This document shows, in pieces, positions 27,462-46,210 of a DNA stretch of 64,000 bases. The stretch's first letter is position 1; each line of letters begins with the position of its first letter. Source of the DNA: Octopus vulgaris. Lineage: Eukaryota. The position numbers and the translations under genes are program-made. The notes beneath the pieces are model-generated. The model was not told the origin of the DNA. It worked only from the letters and a program-made list of their open reading frames with translations, and did not search any database. The DNA lies in contig OX597815.1 of assembly GCA_951406725.2 (NCBI GenBank), forward strand, positions 121,582,001 to 121,646,000. Direction: 5' to 3'.

Positions 27462-27827
27462 GGTTGTATCTCAGACAGGTCATTGTACCAATAACAAACA
27501 CATACTTTGGTTCTTTTTCACTTCTTTATTAATTAATTGGTCAACTGTTTGACCTATTAACTATTGATTGTTTGATTAATTGTTTGGTCAATCAAGCAAT
27601 CAGCTTCATGTATGAAGCAAATGTGGAGTAGAGAGGGCATATCATTGATGAGGTTGTTAATGACAACGAAAGGAATTTAACATACCTAGATGATTGATCA
27701 ACTGAATGATTAATCTAGCAAATGACTAATTAATTGGTTAAATGGTTAACTAATTGATAAAAATAAAGAAATGAAAGGACCAATGTGTGTGTTTATTATT
27801 AGCACAATGACCCTCCCAATATACAAC
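27462..27827. mobile_element. Old foldback/MITE-like element just upstream of the second coding exon
   Basis: About 27462-27560 is a degenerate reverse complement of about 27725-27827 (GTTGTAT...GGTCATTGT...ATAA.AAACACA...TTGG...TTTCA.TTCTTTATT). Confidence 0.6.
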
Positions 27828-27962
27828 AAAATATGATTCATCAAACAAGTTGACATGAAGAGTGTTACAAACCAAATGGAAAAACTAAAAATTTATAGTT
27901 GTTTTGTTTATTTCAGATATTGTTGATATTTAACATTGAAATAAATGTAATTTCTTTTCTAG

Positions 27963-28170
27963 GATATTTCTTCATAATCATCACGGGAACCCCAATAAGA
28001 CGAATTCTCGAAAAGAAACAGCTCTTCATTATGTGTGTCAAGAAAGAAACAGTCAGTACTATACAGTACGCCAAAGACGGTGTGATTGTTTGAACCTTAT
28101 CCTTCAGTGGAGGGGTGCTACTCTCAAGGATGGTCAAACAGAAAAAGTGGATCTAGCAGCCCAAGATGAA
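27963..28170 (+). CDS. ANKIB1: ANKIB1 second coding exon (ankyrin repeats); not in the ORF track
   Basis: Acceptor TTTCTTTTCTAG ends at 27962 and the first G completes the split CG|G Arg codon. It then reads IFLHNHHGNPNKTNSRKETALHYVCQERNSQYYTVRQRRCDCLNLILQWRGATLKDGQTEKVDLAAQDE, matching ANKIB1 GNPNK.N...ET..H..C...RR.DCL..IL.W.GA.L. The donor is GAA|GTATGT at 28170/28171 (phase 0). Confidence 0.9.
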
Positions 28171-28447
28171 GTATGTCTTTCTTTTCATTTTTGTTTTTCT
28201 TGATATTTGTATTGGTTATTTTTTCAGTGATTTGTGGAATTTTAATTCTGAAGAAGAAAAGCAACTTTAATTATCTGAACTGAAATAAACTTGGACCTTT
28301 AGGTTAATTGCTTAAATTTCAAATTAAACAAGATATTTAAAATTAGAATTATATTAATTTGAAACATGAAAATGTTTTATTGTATCTCAGAAGGATCATG
28401 CCAATGATAAACACATGCACTGGTTTTATTTCACTTCTTTTTTTTTA

Positions 28448-29062
28448 AGGAGGTAAGCTGGCAGAATTATTAGCATGCTATATAAGATGCTTGTCCATCT
28501 TAATTCTGCTGAGGTTTAACTTTGCTTTTCATCCTTTCAGGGTTGATAAAATAAGTACCAGTTGAGTACTAGGGCTGATGTACTGGACCGTCCCCCAAAT
28601 TTCAGGCCTAATACCTATAGCAGAAGAAATTATTACAAGTCAATTATCTTTTATTTTTTATCTTTTGCTTGTTTCAGTCATTAGACTGCAACCATGCTGG
28701 GGTACTATCTTGAAGAATTTTTTGCTGAATGCATTGACCATAGTATTAATTTATTGTTTTGTTTTTTTTCAATTCTATTGGTCTTTTCCTGAACTGCTAT
28801 GGTACAAGGATATAATCACACCAACAATAGTTGTCAAACAGTGGTGGGTCACACACACACTCCTCTCTCTTTTTTTATCCAAAGTATATATATATATATA
28901 TGTATATGTATGATGGGCTTCTTTCAGTTTCCATCTACCAAATCTACTCATAAGGTTTGGGTTGACCTGGGGCAAGAGTAGAAGACACTTACCCAAGGTG
29001 CCATGCTGTAAGACTAAACTAGGAACCATGTTGTTCTGAAGCAAGCTTCTTACCACACAGTT
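28448..29062. mobile_element. Adjacent SINE B (+, 28448-28635) and SINE A (-, 28655-29062)
   Basis: Family-diagnostic motifs as in the other copies. Confidence 0.75.
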
Positions 29063-29492
29063 AACCATTTAATCAATTAACTAATCAATTATTTGATTAT
29101 TTGTTCATTTAGTCAATAAATCGCTTAGGTTTGCCAGAATCATTTTTGTTGTCATTCGCAACCTTATCAATGACATATCCTCTCTACTCAAGGTCAGCTT
29201 CAGGTCTGTCTGTTTTTGTTAATGTAATATTGAATTCATCGTTTAAGAAATTCAATATATTTGAATTTAGTATTAATAATTTATAAACTATATCTGTTTA
29301 ATAGTTACTTAATGATATGTAACTTCTTCTATGATTTAACATCAAATTAAGCTGCAGGCATGGAGGAAAAGTTTAAAATGATAACTCAAGAACTTCTAAT
29401 CATATTGCTTTTTTTAAACATATGAATTTTTTTCCATGTCATAAATTTTGTTCTGAACAAAATGTTTCAGTTATATGATTTTCTTACTTTAA

Positions 29493-29700
29493 CTCTTTCA
29501 CATCTGAACCAGCCCAAATATTCTACCTGCTTTAGTTTCAAACCTGCTAGATCTGATCTCACACATGTCCTACAATGCCTGTTTAAAAATAAACAATTAC
29601 ATCATTGAAATCTCAAATCTATGAGATAATGCAGGAATGATTCAAAGCAATATGAATAGGTTGGCATTACATTTGAAAGAGTAATCTGAATGCTAAAGGG
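29493..29700. mobile_element. piggyBac-like MITE
   Basis: TTAA-CTCTTT... and ...AAAGGG-TTAA termini (TTAA at 29489-29492 and 29701-29704). Confidence 0.5.
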
Positions 29701-30893
29701 TTAATTTAAGTCACATTCTTGAAAAGAAGTAGTGCTACCTCATCCTGTGTGACCTTTTTGGATTGGTTGGCTAAGTGATCTTTATGCTTGAACAAGTAAT
29801 GTTGTTTTTAAAATATCACTCTTCATTTGCCATGTTATCAGACATCAGTGAACATAGAAGTTCATGCCAAAATCTGAATATTCTTCATTTTTCTTGGAAA
29901 AGATGCAGCAGAACTTTTCATTGCCTTTTGCTGTTGTATTGCAGTTTACTCTGCTAGTGCCTTGCTCTTGCAAGCTTACTCTTAAAATACAAGGTCTGTT
30001 TATCCCGTAGGTAGGCAGGGCACATCTACACTCTGTTGGACATGTGATGCATGCTTGGAGACCAGCCTTCCTGTCCTCTTCTATGTCATGTTTACCTTAG
30101 CTACAAGGTCATCTTCTGCTATTTGACCCATAACTGGGACTCTTGCCAGGTACTACCAATCCCAGACTTTGTAGTAATAGTGACTAAGGAGTAATTCCAT
30201 ACTCTTCCAAAACACCTGAATTCCTTAACTGGAACCTCACCACTAGATGCAGCGTAATGTCTCACCCAGGATTTTAAGATAGGGAGATAAGTAAAAAATG
30301 TAAGTACATTGGTGAAGAGATTGTTCCAGAATGTTTTTTATTCTATAAAGGAAGGATAGTATTTTATTTCATGTGTGAGATTAGAGATATGACTTGCATA
30401 GCAGTGGGGTTAACATGTAAATAAAAGGCATGTAACAATGTATTTTCATTGTGATCAGTAAACCATCTGGCTTGTTTGGAGAAGATAAAGTTATTGGAAC
30501 AGAAGAACTGTTTTTAAGCTAATTTAAAAGTTTAGCCTGAAGATAAAGATTAGTGACAAAGTAATGATTTGCAAATCATGCAGTATCCTTTATTTTCACT
30601 TTGTTTTTCTACGTTACATTATTCCACAATTATATGAAATTTACCTTCAGGGGACTCAGCCATTATTTTTATTATTGGAAAGAAACCTAAGTTTTTTGGC
30701 AGTTTTATTAGCTTTCAGGTATCTGAAACAAAAAAAAAAAATTCTTAAACAGTATTTGTTGCATGGGCATCCCTTTAGCTTGGAATTGTCTATTCATTAG
30801 AATTGGAAATGTGTGTGTGTGTGTGTGTGTTTTCTTGCTATGGACAAGCAATATATATATATATATATTGTTAATTCTTGAACAAGATACATG

Positions 30894-30894
<1 letters not shown>

Positions 30895-30926
<32 letters not shown>

Positions 30927-31131
30927 GCAAGCTAGCAGAATGATTAGTACGGTAAGCTAAATGCTTAGTGGTGGTTTGTACATCTTTGCATTCTGAGTTC
31001 AAATTCCGCTGAGATCAACTTTGCCTTTCGCACTTTCAGAGTCAATAAAATAAACTACCAATTGAATATTGGGGTTGATGTAAACTTGTCCCTACTGCCA
31101 AACTTACTGGCCTTGTGCTAAAATTTGAAAC

Positions 31132-31186
<55 letters not shown>

Positions 31187-31345
31187 GTTAAGGTTGTGAG
31201 CTGGCAGAATCATTAGCATGGTGGACAAATGCATTTTTATCCTTTCAGGGTTAATGAAATAAGTACCAGTTGAGCACTGGGGTTGATCTAATCAACATAT
31301 GCCTTCTCCCAAAATTCTGGCCTTGTGCCAAACTTTGAAACCATT
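30895..31345 (+). mobile_element. Two tandem SINE B copies separated and flanked by (ATT)n
   Basis: Both have the GAGCT.GCAGAAT head and the AAA.TTTGAAACCATT(ATT)n tail. Confidence 0.75.
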
Positions 31346-32942
31346 TTTATTATTATTATTGAGTGAGAAAGCAGTGCATGCCATCAAAGTGACACTGGGG
31401 TAAAATATATGAAACCCAATCATGACTACCCGTCTGATAAGTGTACACCAGACACATGCATCACAACCATATGTGCATGACATGGTGATCGCATATCATG
31501 ATAAACAGCACATGACCTTGAAGGTGGGGCCCAGTTAGAATTTTCTTCAGATTGAGTACTGCTTGTTAAATGATGGTGATGATGATTTTTGTTTTATTGC
31601 TTTTATTGATCTTCTATATCTGGATACACTTCCCTTATTTGTATGCTTGGGCATCTATAGCTTGCACATAGCATGCATGCATGTGTCATACAAACACACA
31701 TTTTATACTGTGATATCATGCACCTTATGTGTGCATGCATGCATGCATGTATGTAAGAAAATGCAAGCTGGAAGCCCAGCTTCCAAGTTTAATGTGCATG
31801 TGTAACCCCTTTTAATATATGTATGTAACTGTGTTTCAGCTACTTTTGTTTGTGTGTGTGTACGTGTAGAAAACTGTCTAGCCATCTATCTGATCTCAAC
31901 TACACATACATGTTTGTGAGTACAAACATCTATATGAAAAAAATGCTATTGATAAACTTCTTGACATGATCCTTGATGACCTGACCTAAAGAATAGTAAA
32001 AACAAACACATCCTTGCCTTAAACTACCAATATTTCTCCTCCACCTTGTCCTAACTCTCCTCTTCCTTCCCTCTCTTATTTCTCTCTGCTTCCAGCCTCA
32101 CCCCATCTCCTAGATTCCTTTCCTTTGTCACTTCAATCTCTTTTCTTTCTCTGACCACTCCAATTCCACTCATGCATAGCTATAAGTTCTCTGCTGTTTC
32201 TTGTCATTCATCAGTGTCCATGCTTTCACAGACTAAGATAAGGAAAAATTTCTCATACTCTATGAAGAAGGACTTTGTCCAAAATCTCAAACTTACCTCT
32301 CAATAACACATGAAATTAAGAATCTCCATGTTTTACCAATATATTGATAAAGTGTTTCAGTTGAGCTGTCAGAATCTTTGACAGGTGTATTGGTTTCTAG
32401 TTAGAAATATAAAAGACATCATTTTTTGGATAAGGTTAGAATTTTAAACATTTATTTATTTTTGTTGACATTTTTGTATATTTTCATTTCATTAACAGCA
32501 TTTCTGTTCTTAAAATATTCTGAGGTTATAAGATCAACTGAGAAATAATAATTTCTTGAAATTTAAACTTTTTTATCTTGTACAAAGAATAGAAATTTTG
32601 TCCAAAACAGAAAACTCCTAAAATACTTATGGTCAGACATGGCTGTGTAGTTAAAAGCTTGCTTTGCAACCATGTAGTTTCAGTTACAGTCTGACTGCGG
32701 GGCAGCTTGGGCAAATGTTTTTCACTATAGCTCTGGCTGACTAATTACTTATGAGTGAATTTGGCAGACAGAAACTGAGTGGAAGCCTGTTGTGTATATA
32801 TATTGTTTTGGAAGGATTCCGTCCATCACCCCCAAGTGACTAAAAGTGGACTGACACATTGCTAAAAAATAAAGAACTGTGAACAATGGGGTAAGCAGTT
32901 CACTGTGAGCCATTGATTGAGAGCATTGAGTCTCGTGTAATA

Positions 32943-34226
32943 TTGAGATGGCAATAAAGTAATTTTGGTTTTTTAGTGTGAAATAAGTCTTTTTTTTTTC
33001 ATATAAAGAATGAACTTTAATCAGTTGTATATTTTCCATATTGTTTGAAGATCTTTCGTCATCTTTCTGGCAACTACATGATTCCGTGCTCATAGAACTT
33101 CTGGTCCTTATCAGCCCAAAACTTAAGGAAATGCAATTTCAGGTCATCATTATTATTGAGAGTTATACCATTCAAAGAATTTTGGAAACTTTGAAATAAA
33201 TGGTAATCTGATGGTGCAAGGTCAGGGATATATGGTGGATGTGACATCACTTCCCGACCAAGCTCCAATAATATTTCATGAATTAGCAAAGGCGTATGGT
33301 TTAGCATTGTCATGCTAGAACATGATTCCTTTATGATTTACCAATTCTGGCCGTTTTTCTTTGATTGCTGCCTCTAGTTTCATTAGTCGTTGACAGTAAA
33401 CATCTGAATTGATCATTTGATCCCATGGAAGCAGCTCAAAATACACAACACCTTTGTAATCTCACCAAATTGAGAGCAAGGACTTTTTTGATGCAATTCA
33501 ACTTTCAGCGTGGTTTGTGCTTGTTCAATATACTTGGACCATGATTGTTTTAGACTGATGTTATTGTAGACAATCCATTTTTCATCACCAGTGATTATCC
33601 ATTTAAAAAAAAAGGGTTGATTTCATTGCGTTTAAGATGCATATTGCAAATATTGATTTGTTGTGTGAAGTGAATCTCTTTCAATTTATGTGGAACCTAA
33701 ATACCAAGCTTCTTAACAAGTCCAAGACATTTTAAGTGATTTTTAATTGCTGTGTGTGATACATTTAACCTCTTTCCAATCTCTCATACAGTTATATGAC
33801 AATCATATTCAATTATGGTTTTGATTTGGTCATCATCAACTTCAGTACCTTAACCAAAGCGTTGGTCATCTTTGAGTGAAAAATTTCCAGAACAGAATTT
33901 CTTTAAACTATTTCTGACATGTGCATTCTCTTAAGCAATTGACACCATAAATTTTACATACCTCTTTGTGAACGCCAGCAGCTTTCTTGCTTTTACAGAA
34001 ACAAAACAGCAAAATATGGCAAAAATGTTCTCTTTTGCATTCCATGTTAAAATTGACACTTAACTAACAGCTGTAAACAAAATTACGTGCAATTTGCTTT
34101 TAAAGTAAGCAAAAAGTAATGGCTATCAAATGTCAAAAGGAAAAAATCATGACATTGACAAAAGTTATTAAAAAAAATCATGACTATCTATTTGTGATAA
34201 ACCAAATTACTTTTTTGCCAACCCAA
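32943..34226 (-). mobile_element. Full-length (about 1.28 kb) but inactivated mariner transposon
   Basis: Imperfect TIRs TTGAGATGGCAATAAAGTAATTTTGG / CCAAATTACTTTTTTGCCAACCCAA. Minus-strand motifs KLGI*VPHKL (WVPHEL), IITGDEKWIVYNN and HPPYIPDLAPSDYHLF. Confidence 0.9.
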
Positions 34227-34307
34227 CAGTAATTGTATTAATTGTATTGCATCGTGTAAATACTTTCTTTTCCTGCTGCCTCATTAAATTATATATACAA
34301 CACCAGG

Positions 34308-34901
<594 letters not shown>

Positions 34902-37686
34902 CTTTGATACTTTGATACTTTGATAGGTTTCGGCCATTATTGGCCCAGGCCATGTCTAACTTAATAGCACCACCTGGTGAAGTCTTTCAAGTCAGTTATT
35001 GTTTACAGAGACATATCCGGGTGTAGGGGGTTTATCCGGGATTTCTTGAAGGAATATGTCCAAAGACTTCTTGAACCCTATAGGGTCAGTTTCTGTTTTA
35101 ATGTGTTTTGGTGTAATATTAAAGAGAGCGGGGCCAATTGAGGTGAAATAATTGTGCCGTATTGTTGTTATGAGATGAGAGTGCGATTTTTGTTTTGGGC
35201 GGATGGCACGGGGCCCAAGCCTTGGATGTACCTTAAAGGTGATGCCAACATCATTTGGGCAATGCTGATGGAATATTTTCCACATCATGCAGATGATGTA
35301 GCGCTCACGACGACGTTGGAGAGAATAGAGTTTTAGCTTTTCTAGTCGACCCCAATAGTCGAGGCCTGTCATGCCATCTATCTTTTTTGTGATTGCCCTT
35401 TGAGGTGCTTCGACTTTTATGATACCTTGTATTGTGTGGGGAGACCACAGTGGACAACAGTATTCAAGGTGGGGTCGGGCAAAAGTGGAGAAGAGAAGGA
35501 TAATGGTGTGGATATCTCTCGACTGGAAAGTTCTGAGAATCCAGGAACACATTCTGCGGGCCATGTCAACTTTGGTGTTTATATGAGTGGCCCAGCTTAC
35601 GTTGTTGTCCACAATTACTCCCAAGTCTCTGATGTTGTTGGACGCCGCGAGAGATTCACCTGAAGGAAGGGAGTATGGGAGTTTCAGGGCATCCTCTTTT
35701 CCAAAGTGGATTAGCTCAAATTTATCCTCGTTCAGCAGCATATTGTTTTTTTCTGCCCATTGGATAACAGCCAGTAGATCTGACTGAAGGCATGTCCGGT
35801 CACTCGCCTCATTTATGACCTTCTGTAGCTTGGAGTCATCTGCAAAGATTTTTATGTTGCTGTGCTTGATGATGTCATTAATGTCATTAATGTAAATGAT
35901 GAAAAGAAGTGGGCCCAGCACAGTGCCTTGCGGAACGCCACTACTGACTTTGGCTGGGCTTGATTTTATCCCTTCAACTACAACATGTTGAGATCTGTCT
36001 GTCAGGAAACACTTAATCCATTTCAGTAACTTTCCAGAGACACCAATGTTGGATAGTTTTTTCAATAGGATCTTGTGATCGACCCTGTCGAAGGCCTTAC
36101 TGAAATCAAGGTAGATGACATCGGTGTTGGAGCCCTCTCCCAAAGCTCTCAAAATGTCCTCAAAGTGATGCAGGAGCTGCGTTAGGCAGTCCCTTCCATT
36201 ACGGAACCCATGTTGGTTGGAGATCAGCCGTCTGTTGCTTTCCAGAAATTGGGTTATTTGAGATCTCACCACCCTCTCAAATACCTTGATGATATGAGAG
36301 GTGAGTGAGATCGGACGGTAATTCACTGCAAGGGACTTGTTTCCCTTTTTGAAAACTGGGACAACAGACTGGGACAGAAGGTTTTTTGGAATATAGCCAG
36401 CATCCAGTGAGTTTCTCCACAGATTAGCAAGGGGAGATGCTAGTTGGTGTCGACACACCTTCAGGACACAAGCAGGGAACCTATCGGGGCCTACTGCTGA
36501 ATTGTGTTTTATTTCGTTTATCGCCGCTAAGACATCAGGGGCACTAAACGTTATGTCCGATATAGTGTGTTGGGGGTTGACATCACTGATACAGCCCAGA
36601 TCGGCCATATCAGGATTGCTGAAAACAGAGCAGTATTGTTTCTGCAGTATCTCGGCCATGGATTTGGCATTATCTTGGAGAGTGCCAGTTTCGTCAATTA
36701 GAGGGCCTACAGTGGAGACAGTGACCCTGCGTTTCCTCGCAAATGAAAAGAACACTTTGGGGTTGAGTTTGATTTTTTCAATGGCCCACTTCTCCTCAGC
36801 TGATCTTTGGTTATTGATGAGGGACTTCATGCATTGTTGGAGGTTATATTTTTTGGATTCAAGCAGTGCGATAGCCGTCGAATGTGTGTGTTGCTGTTGG
36901 CAGTACTTTAGTTTGTTAATTTTTTTGTTTGTTCTTTTTATTTTTCTGATAATGGTTTTTCTGTTTTGGGGGATTCTGCACTTTTTGTTCACAGGTCTTG
37001 GTGGGGAGTGTTTTGCACATATGTCTGTGACGGTGTCTACAAAGATCTGCCAAGATGTTTTATGGTTGGTGGAGATGTGTGTATGTGTAAAGGACCAGTC
37101 AACATTTGATAGCTCGTTCCTGATTGCATCCCAGTTGGCTTTATGGAGATCCATGTTGTCAAATGGGTGGGCTGGAGGAAGGTCACTAGGATTAGCTTTC
37201 GGCTGGTGGAATTTCATGTTACAGAGAACCATGTCATGGTCTGAAAGAAGGGTTTTTTCCACTGTAACGTTATGTATAGTGTTAGTGTGGTTACTAAACA
37301 CTAGGTCCAAAATGTTCTGATGTCTTGTTGGTGCAAGGACAAGTTGGGACAAGAAAAACTCATTCGTAAAGTCGAAAAGTGACTCTGCTGCTTCTTTGTC
37401 AGCGGTTGAGGCGGGAGTGCTTGGTTTCAAACAGTTTGTAGTCCAGTCAACACAGGGTAGATTGAAGTCTCCCATCATGAGTATGTTGCTAGAATGGCAC
37501 TGTTGAATAAAGCACTTAATGCTGTTGAGGCATTCTTTAAAGCACAGTATGGGTGTTTGGGGCGGCCTATAGAGCCCAATTACTGTCAGATCATTGGCTT
37601 TGTTGTGCACGGTGACTGATTCACAGTAGCCGTTGGAGAATATACTATTTCCATCTGCCGTAAATGAATCATGCAGGAAAATGGCA
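34902..37686 (-). mobile_element. Young 5'-truncated non-LTR retrotransposon (CR1/jockey group, APE endonuclease + RT)
   Basis: One uninterrupted ORF, a short 3' UTR with hairpins and a (TATCAAAG)x3 tail at 34902-34925. The 5' end is cut inside the endonuclease domain. Confidence 0.95.
34992..37686 (-). CDS. LINE ORF2 (endonuclease-reverse transcriptase), N-terminally truncated
   Basis: EN motifs YRPP, GDFN, LDL, SDH; RT motifs [36 protein letters not shown]. The ATG at 37709 in the ORF track comes from the microsatellite. Confidence 0.9.
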
Positions 37687-43490
<5,804 letters not shown>

Positions 43491-43684
43491 AAATATTTAG
43501 CAGATGCAACAGTGTCTCAAGGTCTGAGAGTTTTGTGCATTGGTACTTATCAAACTTTGATTTGATAAGCCCTTGAGCCACTATGTTATGTCTGCTAAAT
43601 ATTAATAAAAATATACATATACTCATATTTTTAGTTCTGTTATTCCTGTTTTCAGCAACATGCCTATACATATATATATATATA

Positions 43685-43736
<52 letters not shown>

Positions 43737-44249
43737 TATGTGTATGTATATGTTTGTTTGTCTGCTCTCACCACTGCTTGAGATAACTGGTGTTGTTTAC
43801 ACTCTGATAACTTAGCAGTTTAATAAAAGAAACCAATAGAATAAATATCAGGCTTAACAAATAAATAACTACTGGGGCCAATTTGTTTGACTAAATTCGT
43901 TAAGGCAGTGCTAACATGACCACAGTCCAATGACTGAAACGAATGAGAGATAAGCAATATCTTCCAAATCGTGCATAATAATGCAAATGAAGTTGGCTTC
44001 TGAAAATTTTTGCAGTACATGGTACATCTTTGGCTTTTAGTCTCTGTAGAACATAAGTCTCTGTGGCTTTCAGTTCTTGTGGCCACCAATATATCCTCAC
44101 AAATCTAACTCTACTGTGCAATCTTTTATAACACCTTTCAATTTTATGGTTTTCTGGCTTCCCTAGAAGGGTTTTGTCCAGAGAATGTCATAAATGTTTA
44201 ATGCCTCCACGCCATTTCTTGAGACAAGTAAGTTTTATCTTTTACATGT

Positions 44250-44597
44250 TTAAGTCATCAGGCATGCTGGGGTACTGCTTTCAAGAATCTTAATTGAACA
44301 AATCAACCCTGGTACTTATGTTTGTTTCTTTTTAAAGCCTGGTAGTTATTCTATCAGCCACTTTTGCTGAACTGCAAAGTTGTGGGGATGTAAGCACACC
44401 AACACCAGTTGTCAAACGGTAAAGGGGAACAAACACTGACACAAAGACACACACTAGATACGTATACATATATATACAACAGGCTTCTTTCAATTTCCAT
44501 CTTCCAGCTCCACTCAGAAGGCTCTGGTCAGTCCAAGGTTTTAGTAGAAGACACTTGCCCAAGGTGCCGTGCAAAGGAACTGAACATCAAACCATGA
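44250..44597 (-). mobile_element. SINE family A, diverged
   Basis: TAGTAGAAGACACTTGCCCAAGGTGCC and other family motifs. Confidence 0.75.
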
Positions 44598-45449
44598 GCT
44601 TGTGTATACTTGTGTATAACTTGGGAGCATTGCATGTGACATGTGAGAAGTATTCAGTGTGAGTTTTAGTATATTTTACAAACCCAGATTCCTAATACTT
44701 TGTATCTTAATACTATATATTCTGTAATGAGATTACAGTGTCATATACATATATTCCTTGAATGTCAGTCATTTTTGTAGCACAGCTATATAACCTTTAC
44801 ATGTTGATTTTCATTGAAACATAAATTTAACTCTTGGTTAGCCTTTATCAAGAAGGCTTTTGATCAAAAGTCTCCCAACTGTAATTTAGATGTAGTATAT
44901 CTAGAACTACATTTATTCAATCTGTCCCTCCTTTTTGAAGTTGATATTATGCGATTTAAGGGAGATTTTGTTGTTAATTTTAGTAGATCTGGTGGTTTCA
45001 TAAATGCTCTTTCATTGGTTTAAATTTGGAATGTTTGATTTAATTGGAATTTACATATAGGTGAGTTAACCATCGTATCAGAATATCAAGCAACTATGTT
45101 GAATATCCATAAGAGTTAAGCAATTAAAGTATGCCAGGAGATAAGTTTGGACCATAGTACATTAATGAAGCATTTGTCTAATCTTGACTGAGGGAGAGGA
45201 GTGGAATGTGGGAATGAAATTGTTCAGCACATGGATAACAAGAGTGAATTTATCATAGGTATTGAATGTGGTGCTACATTCTACAAAGTATTGCTGATTA
45301 CTGACTCAGTAACTACTGACAGCTATAAAAGCTTTTGCACTGATTAAAATGAAAGAAAATTATAGTTGCAGTAGGAGAAGGGTGTATGTTTGATTTGTCT
45401 CAGTTAAAGAATATATGCCACTTTCCATGTATGTGGTTGTACTGGAAAC

Positions 45450-46210
45450 AAATTATAATGTGGATGATAATATCAATTAAATCATACAGAAACAGACCAA
45501 ATCCTTTCTATTTTCACTTGTTCTGATTACTTGCAATGGTTGGTAAAGTGAGTTACAGCCAAGTTTTGTACAACAACATAATCTGAGTGTGAGCTGGATA
45601 AGGAAGAACATGTAATTGGCATAGAAATTTGTGGTGTTAAAATTAAAAGTTGAAAGGTCGTTAATGTACAGAAAAATGCACAGGAAAACCAAACAAGAAT
45701 TAAGGTACAATTGAGGTGAGTGTATGTGCTGCAGTAGAACAGTTTTACAGGAAACTTATAGTTCAAGAAGTGAAAAATGTGTGGATCCTATTGGTTGAAA
45801 TATAAGGGTTCTTGTACCAGAATTATTTGACTTCTTTCACAATATTTCTTTCATGAGATCAAGGGCAACAACCTCAAGAATTTGTTTTAATAGTAACTGT
45901 ACTAGTGGGTCACCAAGAAGGTAACGATAACGGGATTGGTAAACAAGGTGGAAGCTTCTAACTTATTCCAGTCGCATTTGTAACTATGGAAGTGAGGTTA
46001 ATAGTTGGCCAGTCAAAGAAATTGCTTTTCTCAGTAACAGGATAGACTTGGGTGTTTCTTTAATGTTGAGTAAATCCCTATAGAGGAAAAAGATGGCACA
46101 TTTGGGGAACGTAGTTGCTAGCTTGTGGATTTACTGTTTGATGGTAATAGAAAGAACACCATTAAGACTTGTTTGTTTGTGTGTATGCAGTACATAATTG
46201 GAAATAAAAT
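45450..46210 (-). pseudogene. Decayed Penelope-like (Neptune-type) RT relic
   Basis: Minus-strand LPIMYCI (LP.MYW.PK-like) and FLYINDL (FRYIDD-like) occur in the expected order. Heavily eroded. Confidence 0.4.

Noticed and set aside
36502-37320. 272-aa + strand ORF
   Set aside because: Antisense shadow of the LINE ORF2; no recognisable domain.
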